Positions 49,201 through 61,717 of a stretch of DNA of 64,000 bases are shown here, piece by piece. The notes under the pieces are model-generated. The model was not told the DNA's origin. It searched no databases and was given only the letters and a program-made list of their open reading frames with translations. The translations under genes and the position numbers were made by a program. This DNA is from Bigelowiella natans CCMP2755 (taxonomy: Eukaryota; Protista; Cercozoa): NCBI GenBank assembly GCA_000320545.1, contig ADNK01001276.1, forward strand, positions 124,001-188,000, written 5' to 3'. How positions within the stretch are numbered: position 1 is the first letter of the stretch; every line of letters begins with the position of its first letter.

Positions 49201-52200
49201 TTGTCAGTCATTAAGGTGAAGCTGGGCACCGACAGCAGGTAGTATCTTAGTTTCCTCTGCGCCTCAGTCATGGCTTTATACTCTCCTTTTGTAGGGCTGT
49301 ACTTGGCCTCAGCTGCTGTGCAGGCCCTGCCCCACACCCGTATGATCTGCTGGTCTTGGGTAAGTACAGCAGCCATACCTAGCTTAGACCAGTCTGTCCA
49401 TAGGGTAGCTGGTCTAGTAGTGTCTAGCTTAGCATTCAATAGGGTGTTGCTGCATAACTTTATTAGGTTATCGAAGTGGGCATCAAGGCCAGCCTTGGCC
49501 CACACCTTAGCGAAGCTGAGGCCTACAGAGTTCTCCTTCCGGTAAGCAGTAGTAAAAGCAGCTGCAGTCCTAGCGTAGGTAGGGGAGAACCTACGTAGTA
49601 TCCAAGCTGCAGTCTGCAAGAATGACTTTAACTCCTTTGCATTCTTAGGTTTAGGGGCTTGCTGTAGTGCTGCTACTTTCTCGGGGTTTGGGGTGATGCG
49701 GCCTTGCTCCAGGTAATATCCACACCACTTGATTCTTGTAGCTAGGAATGTACACTTCTGCAGTCTAATAGTAAAACCGAAGTGTGCAAACCTAATAAAT
49801 ATATTTTCCAGGAGGAAGATCTGAGCGACGACTGTGTTGGTACATATTATGTCATCATCCACATACACAAACACAAACACCCACAACACAGACGCCATCC
49901 CATCATGTGTGTATGCCCTGTAGTTCTGACTACTGAACGCATCCCCTGATATGCTTAGGCCGTAAGGGAATACGACGAAGTGCCACTTCCTGTGCCTGCT
50001 GGAGAACGCGGTAATGGGGCGGGAGGTTTTGTGGATGGGTGTCTGCATGTATGATTCATTTTTATCTAGGGAAGAGTAGTATTTGTATCCTATGACGTGT
50101 TCAATAACGTCATCTATCCTTGGTGTAGGTGTCTGGATCCTCTTTATTACTCGGTTGTGGCGGATGAAGTTGTGCGCCAGGCGGAAGAAAGGGTAAGTAG
50201 GTTTCTTAGCTAGCACATGTCTCACGTTCCATGGTGAGTTGCTTGGCTCTATCTTCCCTTCCTTTGCCCATTCATTGATCTGCCACTCTATCTTTTCCCA
50301 GTCCGCTTCCGGTCGCCTATGTTCTGGGTCATTGATGATGCACTCTTCGTATCCCTTCTTTAGCTCGATCTTTACTGGGGTAAGCTTGCTGGAGGGCTTC
50401 GTCGTCGGCTTGGTGATGTCAGAGTACTTCTCGTTTAATATTTTATTAATGTACTTTTTGCCTTTGTCGATATCCCAATCATCAGCTGGGGGGGTCTTGT
50501 CCAGTAGCTCCGTTATCTGTCGGATGGTCTTGCCGGGGTTCTTCTTCCGTAGCTCGGTAGGTGTAGGTAGCTTGTTGTCCGCTAGGTCCATAAACTCTAA
50601 CGCATTAACGCTTGACTCAGAGGTCCACTCGTCAAGCCGTATCATGTTCTGGCTGATGGTCCTGCCTGACTTCTTTGGCAACTTAGCAAAGTATATCTTG
50701 TGATTGTAGAATGATATGATCCCCCCTAATTTTTCTAGGGCATCCTGTCCGAGGAGTAGTTCCATGGATAAAGTCATGGCTACTCGGGTCTTGATTTGGG
50801 TCTCCGCGTCGCTGCCAGGTATCTGTAGCTTTAGCATTAGCTCACCGACGGTCTTCATGGAAGAGCTTCCGTCTGCTTGAGCATATTTACGTTCTTTCTT
50901 AGTCACTTGATCCAATAGTCCTAACCTTCTTACTGTGCTTAGGCTTATGAAGGACTTCGGCATGCTGCCACTATCCCAAAGGGCAGGTAGTTTCTTGTAG
51001 TCTCCGTAGCTGTCTTTAACTTTAACCTTGGTCATAGCAACTTTGATAGTCCTGTTAGCGTCTTCGTCATTAATGTTGCATACTCCTAAGTTCTTTATGT
51101 CGTCTAGGGTCATGGGCTTGTCTTGGTCCTGCGTTGCTGGTACTGCTGTCTTCGTCGGCGCCTGCTTAAGGTGATCTAATATTCCGTTTATCTGCTGCTG
51201 TATAGCATTGATACTGTTCTGCTTTTTGTTCTTATATTTATTGTTCTTCCCGTTGTTGCTGCCTTGCCATTTGCTGTTGTTATATCCTTGTCCTCTGCCT
51301 TTCTTTCTCTTTAACTTCTCGTAGTGTTCGTTGAGCTGCCTGATCGTCATCCTGGGTCGTCCTTCTTTCCTGTCTCTGCAGTCTTTAGCGGTGTGTTTCC
51401 CTTTACGTGAGCAGTATCCGCAACGTCGGTTACCTTCCCTGTCCTTGTACCAGTCTCGCTGCGGCTTAATAGCGTTAATGTTTCCTATGCCAGGTACCTT
51501 AGGGCTGGTAAACTTGCGGTCCTGCTCCTGCTCGCGTAGGGATATAGCCTGCACTGCTGCCTCCATCGTGGTGTAGCCTTTCTCCGTAACGTAAGTGGAT
51601 TCCTTTATCTTTAACTTGAACTCTTCAAACCTTGCCTGATCATCACCTGTGTTGTAATTAAAATCATGTAGTTCGTCGATCATATCCTGGAAGCGCGTGG
51701 CAAAGTCTCTAACAGGTTCTCTCTCATGCTGCATCATTGCTCTGTATTTTCTAATAGCCTGGGGTAGGGAGTTAGCATCCTGTTCATTTACAAAAGCCTT
51801 CATTATCGCCTCAACGTCTCGTAGCCCACTAACTGTAGTGTGTATTTTCTCTAGCTGCCTGATCCGGGTCCTGCCTGTCTCGTAAAGGTCCATGGCTTGC
51901 TTTATTATAGCTAGCCATTTGAGCTTGTCGTTTTCGGTGGGGTTAGGGGTAAAGTCGCAGAGTATACTCCTAGCGTTCTTCCACCACCTCCTTGCCTCAC
52001 CTCTTTTCCCGTTGTATTTCGTTATCATAACCGGTGCTGTTTTAACAGACATGAACTGGGTGTTCCGCTGTACCGGCTGCTGCTGCTTGACGGTGCTCTG
52101 GGTCGTCCCCCGCGAGGCGCCCAGACCCCCGTCGTTCCTAAACAAAGCTGCCCACTCTGGAGGTAAGTCTGCTTCGTAATCCATGATGTCCTGCATGATA

Positions 52201-52529
52201 GCTGCCCAAACATCATGTGTCTGATACTTGTATTCTATCGATACTTTCAGTTTGGCGTAGTTGCTCGCCCTGGGTCGCAAGGCTCGTAATGCCATTACGA
52301 CCTTCTTGCTTTCGGCGGCCACGTCCTCGTCGTCCGCCTCGTAGAAGTTCTCCAGTGCCTCTGCTGCTGCATCTGCTTTCTTAATCCCGGGTGCTGGTCC
52401 CGGCGGTGCCTGTGGAGGTGTTCCTCCTCCTTCCTTAGCGTCCGTATCGCCCTTCCTTTCCTGTTTCTGCTCGTGCCCTTGCACGGCCTGCGAGCCAAAG
52501 TCCTGCTGTTCTTCTAGCTGCTGTGACAT
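49185..52529 (-). CDS. Gag-PR-RT-RNase H polyprotein of copy 2 (single ORF, truncated within RNase H)
   Basis: 1114-aa ORF with zinc knuckle, DSG, YVDD and TDWS; stops just after LMTD at the deletion junction. Confidence 0.95.
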   Translation of the reverse strand: MSQQLEEQQDFGSQAVQGHEQKQERKGDTDAKEGGGTPPQAPPGPAPGIKKADAAAEALENFYEADDEDVAAESKKVVMALRALRPRASNYAKLKVSIEYKYQTHDVWAAIMQDIMDYEADLPPEWAALFRNDGGLGASRGTTQSTVKQQQPVQRNTQFMSVKTAPVMITKYNGKRGEARRWWKNARSILCDFTPNPTENDKLKWLAIIKQAMDLYETGRTRIRQLEKIHTTVSGLRDVEAIMKAFVNEQDANSLPQAIRKYRAMMQHEREPVRDFATRFQDMIDELHDFNYNTGDDQARFEEFKLKIKESTYVTEKGYTTMEAAVQAISLREQEQDRKFTSPKVPGIGNINAIKPQRDWYKDREGNRRCGYCSRKGKHTAKDCRDRKEGRPRMTIRQLNEHYEKLKRKKGRGQGYNNSKWQGSNNGKNNKYKNKKQNSINAIQQQINGILDHLKQAPTKTAVPATQDQDKPMTLDDIKNLGVCNINDEDANRTIKVAMTKVKVKDSYGDYKKLPALWDSGSMPKSFISLSTVRRLGLLDQVTKKERKYAQADGSSSMKTVGELMLKLQIPGSDAETQIKTRVAMTLSMELLLGQDALEKLGGIISFYNHKIYFAKLPKKSGRTISQNMIRLDEWTSESSVNALEFMDLADNKLPTPTELRKKNPGKTIRQITELLDKTPPADDWDIDKGKKYINKILNEKYSDITKPTTKPSSKLTPVKIELKKGYEECIINDPEHRRPEADWEKIEWQINEWAKEGKIEPSNSPWNVRHVLAKKPTYPFFRLAHNFIRHNRVIKRIQTPTPRIDDVIEHVIGYKYYSSLDKNESYMQTPIHKTSRPITAFSSRHRKWHFVVFPYGLSISGDAFSSQNYRAYTHDGMASVLWVFVFVYVDDDIICTNTVVAQIFLLENIFIRFAHFGFTIRLQKCTFLATRIKWCGYYLEQGRITPNPEKVAALQQAPKPKNAKELKSFLQTAAWILRRFSPTYARTAAAFTTAYRKENSVGLSFAKVWAKAGLDAHFDNLIKLCSNTLLNAKLDTTRPATLWTDWSKLGMAAVLTQDQQIIRVWGRACTAAEAKYSPTKGEYKAMTEAQRKLRYYLLSVPSFTLMTDKQGTS

Positions 52530-53596
52530 TGTTAGTCAAATCGTTTCCCGTGTGTGGAAGCCAAAGGTTGTTGCGCGTAAGGTGTTCACAGGCCGAGGCG
52601 CTACGTGCACAAGTAGGCAGGGGGGGGGAAAGGCACGTTTGCTTCCTTTTGAAGAGTTGTGTTTATTTTTATTAAAGATTATATTTTTATTAAATCGTGC
52701 ACTGCGTAATCATTCGCGAAGCTTTCGCGAATGCCGCCGCACGTGGGGCAGCACACTTCCGGTGTGCTGCCATGAGTCCCGCCGGAACCCACGTGCCTAT
52801 GCTGTATTAATATCTACGTTATCTATATTCTATATCCGCGACAACCCCTTTGTTGTCGCACGTGACTTGTGCCCGCGTAGTGGTACGCGCTACAGGGAAC
52901 ACAGCTAGCTAGACAGCTAGGTGCGAGCACAACGCACGTCGATCACGTTCGTTGCGTGAGCCTGGACTCTAGCACTGCAGTGCACATTGCACACTTGCTA
53001 GCATGCCAGCATAGCACACGCTGCCTAGACATGGTGACAGCTGCGGATGAGGCGCGCTTGTCTTTTGTGCAGCATCCATGCAGCGCATTGCTAGATTTCT
53101 TGCCATGCGCAACATGGGCGATCAAAATTCCGTTCATTGGTGCATTGGTCTCATTTGTCTCACTCCGTTCTAAATGCATGTAACAGAATTACCAACAAAT
53201 TCCTTTGTCCAGAAACGAGCATGATGAAATCAAATAAAATCGAAAATGAACCCAGGCTTTGCGTCGTGTCTCAACAATGACAAGTTAAATCCACTTGCGT
53301 TCTGTCATCCGTCGAAGTGTAGAGGCCAAGAAAAAATGGATGTGCCTTCTATTTACAAGGTAGTGCTTACAGCAAACTCACTGACTCATCAAAATACGTG
53401 TATATGTGTATACATGTGTGCATTTGCTCTTTGAGAGAAAACAAAACTTTCAGTGCATTGGGCACAGCCGAATCAATAGCCGAATCTTGTGCACATGCAG
53501 GTTGAGAACGAAAGTCATTCTTGTATTCTCTGCACACGAGATTACCACGATGTGGCTTGAACTGTCCATACTTATATCTACGCTATATTGTGGGAA

Positions 53597-53792
53597 TTAG
53601 AGCATCCACGACGCTAGCTCGTTTCCGTTGGCACTTGAACCAATACTTGCTGCTGCTGCTGCTGCTGCTACTGACACCGGATTTTCAGTAGTGGCGGGTC
53701 CTACCGGCTGCGAAGAAGTACTTCCAACTTGAATCCCAACCGTTACCTGCTCCAGCATAATAAAGGATATGAATCACGTTCACGTAAACACA

Positions 53793-53876
<84 letters not shown>

Positions 53877-54164
53877 CTCTGCTCAAGTTAGAAGATGTAG
53901 TGGGCAGTCGCCTTCAAGTCGAGGTGCAAAGGATTGTGCCACTCGATGCGTACCGGAAACTTGCGGAGGTCATTGGCCAACTTGGGAAATAGGGTAATCA
54001 TCATAGATTCTAACTGCAGCTGCTTTATAAGAGGAGCACAGGCACACACACACAGACAGATAGACACGATAGCTTCCTCAACCATTCAATAGTCTACGCA
54101 GCGCTCTCGATTTGATAGCTAGGATCGATCATGGGGGAAAAGAAGGAGGGGAAGAAACCTGGTG

Positions 54165-54201
<37 letters not shown>

Positions 54202-55337
54202 AGCTGCAATTCCAACTGGTTCCCCAACGACGGTGTTGCTTGTATCACCGGCGGAGGCGGTGCCGCCGCTGGATGAAGAATTTCCGCTCGAGAGAGGTGT
54301 AGCTCCTGTCGCAGTGCCGGTTGCATTGTTTGTACTGCTCCCGCTGTTGCTGCTATCTTCTCGGCCAATACTTCCCCCGCCACCTACACTGTTGGTCCCA
54401 CCACCTCTCCCCACCTTAGAATCGCTCCCTGCTTGTCCTCCTCCTCCTCCTCCTCCTCCTCCTCCTCCTCCTCCTTCTCCTCCAGATCCCCCCCCCGCGT
54501 TGGTTCTGTGATTACGACCGCGGCTACTGCGAGGGTTCCTACCCCTAACACCCCTTGACGGGACAGATAATAGGAAGAATAACATTTTCATGTCAGTTCA
54601 ATATCGGTAGAGGATTGCAAAAAGCGAATGACGTATCCCATTTAGGGTTATTACAACACCTAAATTGATGATGATGGTGATGATGATAACGATACATGCC
54701 AATTATTCATAACATCTCCACATCTCCTACTACGTTGAATAGCTACGATGATGGGCAATAATATATGTATTTGTTGGGGTTGTGTTTTGATTCGATTACT
54801 CTAAAGACGAACGCTGCTGGTATTGGAAGAGGTGTTGCACCAAAATGGTCCTATCAATTAAAAAACCACGAGATCGATCATTTGAGCAACAGCCGCCATC
54901 ATCATGATTTAGGTGCTGCTTCATCTTGCAAGCTTACTACCCTGCAGCCCACACGTTGAGTCTTGGCCCCGAGATATTGACCAAGCCCTCCTGTGTGAAC
55001 AGTGGAGGCAAAAAAAGAAGAAGAATTAGAAAAAGAAGAAGAAGAAGAGAGAGAGAATTGATGATGATTGTGCATGGATGTCTGTTCGTATTAAGTTGAG
55101 CAGCATGAGACCACATCGCTCCTTCACTAATATACCAACAGCAAAAGCAGGTAGTATCACCTTTTCTATCTGTATAGTAGCTCCCGTTGTTTGTCGTATG
55201 CCCTGTATCTTAGAGCCCTGTGCCGTTGTAAGAACAGAAAGAGACGAAATCACCACAGTAGACGAATATACACCATCAAATTATCACACATAGAATGATG
55301 AGCAAATTGATAACACATATACATATGCAGCTGCGTG

Positions 55338-55377
<40 letters not shown>

Positions 55378-55607
55378 CGGCAGTGGTAAAAAATAGCCAA
55401 CCTTCCTTCCTATAATACTTCCCAGACTAGAGGGAGAGACCGAGAGCTGTTATAGTGGAGGGAGAGAGGCAGAGAGGGGGAGAGGAAATAAGGAAGAGAG
55501 GGAGGGCAAGGATCTCAGGGGTATGTCTTTGTATGTTCCAGGTTGTTCCCAATGCCTAATACTTCTATTGCTACTACGACAACTAACTAATCTGTCCGTA
55601 AGTGGGT

Positions 55608-55640
<33 letters not shown>

Positions 55641-56541
55641 GTGATATTGCAGCTCCCTGATGTACCCCCCAGAGCGCACAATATCAGCGCAACAGCCTTT
55701 TGCAAGACCTGGTAAACACGACAATGTGTTTGGGTCAAAGACTTGTTGGTTTGTTCGACTCGTTATCCGCAGTTTGTGCGTAATGAGGCATACAATTACA
55801 TCTACTACTACTAACACTACTACTACTACCTCTAATACTGGCGATCTTATCGTTACATATCTCTCTCCTTCCCCCTTATAATCCTGTGTGGAAACAGAGA
55901 CAACAAAGGAAGAATCAGTCACTTCCGTTCGTTCATTGATTGGTTTTACTATCACCGAGATGGATATTATCGCCCCACTTTGCGCCTTGATTCGCTGAAT
56001 AGTTGCCCCTGATGGGAGATAAGGAAGAAGTGGTAAATAAATGAGTTGCAACTTGGAGGAGGACACATCACAACACTTGATCATTGATGATGTGAAATTA
56101 TTAGCCAACAAATTCAAACAGCAGCCAAGCAATCAATTTACATGGATGAAATACCTTTTCTCCCGATGAGGACACCAATCTTTAAGTTCAAAACCACAAG
56201 CTGCGCGGAGGGGAAAGCAGAAGACTTAGTGGACATAGATCGATATCAAAAAGAAATATGAAATTTGAGAGTATCATCATCGTAAAACACCGTGAGATCT
56301 CACCTTTATCTCTGCGTCAGTTGCAAAAGGCGTTCCGGAGGGTGACGTGCTCGCTGCTCCCCCCCAACCCTGCACTCCCCCTCTTCCTCTTCCTCTTGCT
56401 CCTCCTCCTCCTCCTCTACCTACAGGTCCTTGCATTGATCCCCCACTTGAGGCTACTAACCCTCCTCCGCCTCCTCCCCGTCCTCCTCCGCCGAGGGACA
56501 AAGGCTGACTTCCAGCACCAAGCTGCTGTTGCTGGTGATGG

Positions 56542-56576
<35 letters not shown>

Positions 56577-57422
56577 TTGTTGATGATGATGGTGTTGTTG
56601 TTGGGAATGCTGCTGAGGGGGTGTGGAAAGGTGGCCTGTGGCTGCCTGATGGATGATCTGCAGAGAGGAGGGAGAAAACGGTACGGAAGACGAGAACAAC
56701 GACGAGGTAGAAGCTCCGGACTAATTGGTATGAGAAGAAGAAGAAGAAGAAGAAGAAGAAGAAGAAGAAGAAGAATCAGAGCAAATATCACATTATAGCA
56801 GGCAAGCCATTAAATTGTCGAGAGCATTTGGAGCTTGATGAGCACTTTTTGGTCATCGTCATTGTCATCATCAAAATTTCCATCCATCGCCATCCATCGC
56901 CATCTTCTTAAGGAAAACCGACCTGCAACATAGGTTGCACTGGAAACATCCCTCCAATCCTCAAGTTGTTCATGGCAGCGGAAATAGGCCTGACCAAAAG
57001 GTGGGGGGGGATTAAAATATGTCAGTCAATGGTGAATATGTGTACTCACCAAAATATCTCGATTTTCTTTCGTAAACTCTACACCGGTAATATCTAATTT
57101 TCATTAATGCTTTTCCTTACGAAGTTGATCCCGGAGCCCCTGCTCTGCCAGGGCTACTTACTGGGGAGGGCACACCCACTGCGACACCTAGTTTATATTT
57201 TTATTGGGTAAGTTCCATGAGTCATTCATATTACTTTACAAAGCGTGAGAGCCACTGCTAAACTATACCCAAAAATCCGGGATGAAATGTGCTGAAATGT
57301 GCTTAGAATTATATTCACCTCGTAGAGGCAACGGGGCAGGGGCATACGTAACAGGATTTCGCCTTCTTGCGTTGCTCATCTGTGTCAAAACACACACACA
57401 CAGACACATATATATTATATAA

Positions 57423-57464
<42 letters not shown>

Positions 57465-58527
57465 GAGAGGCTACTTTGCCTATGCTAGAACCATCATCCT
57501 TACATCCAAATTTTTCTGTCAACATATTATCCATCCTACGGCTTCGCTCGCATCTACTGCTACATCAAAGTGAGTAAATAGGCCTACGTGTTGTGCGATA
57601 AGTCCAACTGCGCTCGTGAGCTGTTCATCTGTGCCTGTAGGGTTTATCCATAAAACACATCCATCTTTTCAGATATGTAGGGCGTGACCATGGATAGAGC
57701 GGGCACAGCTTTTGAGAAAATTAAAGGAAGAAGGGCAAACAAAGCAACCTTGGATCTTGACAGTGTTCCCATAGCCGTCTATGCAGTCGCTGGATATCTG
57801 TATGTTGGCGCCCGAGTTCTGCCGAATGCTGTTAATGCGGCTCCCACCTTTACCTAAGAATTGTTGAAGGTGCTTGTCGAATAAGAATTGGACGGAAGAA
57901 TAAGCAATTCGCAAGCGCGCCACTTACGTACCAATAATGGAACCCACTTGGGTTTGGGGGATCAGTAGCGTTACGATCAATTCTTCGTCGGGGTCCACTT
58001 GTGTCAAATCTGCAAACGAACGGATGGTCGATTATGAGTAAGGATGCTTTGTATTGTTTTGTAGATTATCCAAATATTCTGTTCCTCCTCCTCCTACCGA
58101 TGCCTTTTGAATCATCGGGTTCACTATTGTTCTGTGGGTCTTGGAGAGGCGATGCTTGCAGCGCGATGGCGATCATCCGGACCGCCGACACAACTTTATC
58201 TTTGCCGCCTTTAATAGATGCGATCCTGATGAAGGAAACCCCGGTTAGGCTGCACCTTCGTAGTGGTGACAGTACAAGGTATCTCATCGTCAATTACCTT
58301 GGGACATTCCTAGAATAGTCCGATATGGAAATGGAAGCTCCTGACTGCGTTTTCAGAAACTCCACAACAGATCCACGCCTTCCGATAACCTTTCCCACTT
58401 CTGAGTTCTGCAAAAGTACCTGATGGGAGACATCCATGTTTAAGATACCAATTTTGCTTTCCGTAGCGACGTTATCAGCGACCTGCAGAAATGAGCTCGG
58501 GTTTTCCCCATCCTTCGCTTCCGACAT
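53597..58527 (-). CDS. Multi-KH-domain RNA-binding protein (PCBP/hnRNP K-like) with Gly/Gln/Ala-rich linkers
   Basis: Four KH GxxG-type segments: VGKVIGRRGSVV, VGSIIG/KGGSRINSIRQNSGANI, GVLIG..GATIQRIKAQSGAII, GSKIQGIRQTTGATI; ATG at 58527, TAA at 53597. Confidence 0.88.
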
Positions 58528-59198
58528 GTTGAAACCTGGATTTCTCCTGCTATTTAAGGGAAAAGTGTGAGGATATACACGGATTTCTTACTCCACAAGG
58601 CATCCTTGAACGAAGGATGGGTCGAGAAAATATTTTATGTAGCGTCAGGCATTTCTGCCTAAGAAAGGTAGGATGACCACATTCGGAAGTGGTTGCGAGA
58701 ACTGTGATTTCTTTCTCAGATCTTCCTCAGGCTCATTGGCCCTTAAACAGGAAGTTTCTTCCGAGAAAGTTCTCAAACACTCGAAAGTTCTAACCCTTTC
58801 AGTGCCCGAATTCAAAAATTGTGTGTTCAAAACCGCAGAATGAACAACGCACATGCGCATATACGACAGCCCACTAGAGGCAACAACACAGTCTCCACAA
58901 CATTCCTAGTTCTGTCTCATTCAAGTCATCATTATTCAAAAGGGTAAATCACCCTAGTAGCCAGTCTCCATTGATCCCCAGCCGTGTAGGGGGGGAAGGA
59001 TCGGATGCGCAAGATTTAAGGTTAAAAATAATCCTTAAGAATTAAGTTTGCCTAATATCTAATATATTGTTGGTCTAAATGCCGTTCAAAATACATTTTA
59101 TCTGTGTATTCTAGAAATCGCCAGATAAAAATCCACCTCTTTTTTGCTATTAGCGGGATATAGGACAGAGTGCGCTTAGACTTTTCTCTGGAGCGACC

Positions 59199-60839
59199 AT
59201 GTTTTCTGCATTTGTTTTATTTTATTCGGGTCCTTAAAGATGGTATTTCTTATTTGACGACAAGAAAATATTCAAGACTTCGAGGAAAATTGCCTTAGTA
59301 TTGCCAGCAATAACAACCGAGAAGGAAGAGGACCAGTTCTCTGTGCGATCAGCTGCGCTTTCTCCCCTCCGTCTGCCCCCCAATTGTCGGGAGCACTTTT
59401 TGGTCGGCGTCTGCAGCAGGAGGAGCCGGTCCATTCGAGCATCTTTTTACACGTACGATTGCGTGGCACCGGTTGAGAACAGTTTTATCAGAGCTGGCCT
59501 ATATATATATCACAAGTCCTAGATCTACATAGAAGGAGTCCTTCCGGAGGGAGGCGCCCGAGTATGGCTTCCCGCTTCGCTCCGTCTTATCCCCGCACAA
59601 TCGTCTCTCAAGTTCTCCTTCTTCAGCAAGGCCGTATTCTTCTCGGAACGTAATAATTTCAATTTGATACAGTTGTGTATGGTTCCCTTATTTTTTTAAA
59701 GTCGAAGTTCCTTTTACTCTTCTCTTCGCCCAGGTGGAAGCAGGGAGACCTCATAGGGCGGAAAACAGGCATGCTAGGGTTTGGCATGATTGAAACTGCA
59801 TTTCATTTAGGGTATTTCACAGCAGTCACTACATCAGGGAAGTGAAGAAGGGGGAAGACCCGCTCGTCGCTGGAGCTCGTGTCGCATCCGAAGTCGCCGG
59901 TGTGGACCTTGATTTTGAGGTTTTGCATCAATTTAATATTTATAAATGAGTTTCTCATATTACACTTCGAAACGAATACAGCGCTTGGAAAGAAGGGCAA
60001 TATTTACAATGCGTGAAAAGGTTGGGATTAACTTAGGTCTGTTGAATAAAATGACCGATATAAAAATTCTGTTAGATGTCTTCGTCAGCGGACAGCAGCG
60101 ATTATAACGTATCCAGCTGCAGCACACAGGGAAATTTAAAAAAAGGCCACAGTGTTGATGATCAAACCATGGAAGAATTCGTAGATATCGAGGAGCATGA
60201 ACTCGTTTACGAAGCATCCCCATTGGAGATGATAAAGCCAAAGGTGAATTAAACATAAGCGATCAATATTATTAAAATCAACACCATTCTTTTGCTTACC
60301 AAAACTCCAAATCACTCAGGAGACAGATTGGATCAAACCAGAGTGGTTTGATATTGATGATATTCCTTTCGACCAAATGCCGATGGACGATAGTGAGTGG
60401 TATCCCAGCATTTTAGAAGGACAATGTATGAGGGGCACATTCACGTTTGATGGAGATCAAATGCTAGACCATGAGGTTTGGCCAGTCCCTAGAATTATTC
60501 TTGATGTTTTGAGGGAGGCTCCGAAAGGTACTTTTGTTTACAATATTCATTGTTTAATAGTTTCTCTCACTTCAATTATGAACCGTATTAGGTGATTTAA
60601 ATGAGTTACAGATAGCTGACTTAAAATATATAGCATTATGCACAGGTAGGGAAAGCAGCCCAAAATGTTTGATGTTGATGGTAAAAATAAGCTTGAAATT
60701 TTCAGGTCTTAAGATCCCAGGAATAAGTTGGTGGAAAGTTGCTCCTCCGAGATCGCGGAAAAAAGATTTGATTAAAACATTAACTAGGTATGATCGCCAA
60801 CATCAAAAGTGGAGAGACGATTGGTTTTTTAGCAATTAA
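59199..60839 (+). CDS. MTH1/NUDT1-like NUDIX-fold protein with a degenerate Nudix box and a SAP-like C-terminus
   Basis: KPEWFDIDDIPFDQMPMDDSEWYPSIL..GTFTFDG matches the NUDT1 C-terminus; box reads EDPLVAGARVASEVAGV; start tentative. Confidence 0.65.
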
Positions 60840-61717
60840 AACTATTGCCCATCCAGCTAAAGATACCTTATAAGTAATATATGTGTATTATATGGTAGAT
60901 ATAGCCCGGTGCGCGTTGCGCTGCGTACATATATACATATACAGCCATAATGTATAAGTGCATGCATAAGCACGAATGCGAGTCTAGGAGTCACGCGCGC
61001 ACGCACGCTCACTGCTGGATACCGCGCCCACTACACGTACGTTGGTAATGTCTAGAACGTACAGCTGATACACACTGCACTAGTCTTGTTGTGTAGAAAC
61101 TGATAACGTTATAACGTCTATTGTGCATCCCTAAGATCTCTATGCTAGATCTGCATGGCACATCTAGTTTGACGTCGCAAGTGCGTACGTCGATGTAGCT
61201 GCTCTCGCAAATGATAGCATCAGGATGTATAGATGACTGCTACTGAACGAATGCTAATTTATTTATTACATCCATCTCACATGCATAGCATCGCACGTAT
61301 GCGAATTATAAATAATGTATATGCTAGCTATTTAGCTGTAATGTAATAATGCATGCTATGCTAGCATGCAGCATGTGTATGTGTGCAACGAAGGATACAT
61401 AAAATCTAGAAATATTTTGGGAGTAATGCTCTGCCGATGTAAATACACTTATCATGCCTCATACGTGACAATACATATGAGACTCTGATGTTTAGTAGGC
61501 TTAGTAGCTACTCAAAACCATGCATCGCTTAGTGGCAGCTAGCTATGCACATATTCACATATTACGATGATCGACGCACTCACTGATGAATACTCTTACT
61601 TGTCGGACATGCATTGTACGCAAGAGCGTGCAATTTTTGTATGTTCTATTTCTAAAACCTCGAAGCTAACACTTTCTGCATTAACGAAGTATTCTTTCCC
61701 ACCATGGAATCGTTTGA

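Larger units (their letters stand above)
47729..52894 (-). mobile_element. Ty3/Gypsy LTR retrotransposon, copy 2 (5166 bp, internal 549-bp deletion relative to copy 1)
   Basis: 326-bp LTRs at 47729-48054 and 52569-52894 that look identical, TSD GGGA (47725-47728 and 52895-52898); translations match copy 1. Confidence 0.97.

Noticed and set aside
16174-52894. Idea that the two defective copies complement each other in trans
   Set aside because: Neither can make an in-frame intact integrase, and copy 2 RNase H lacks the terminal ADxxSR motif.
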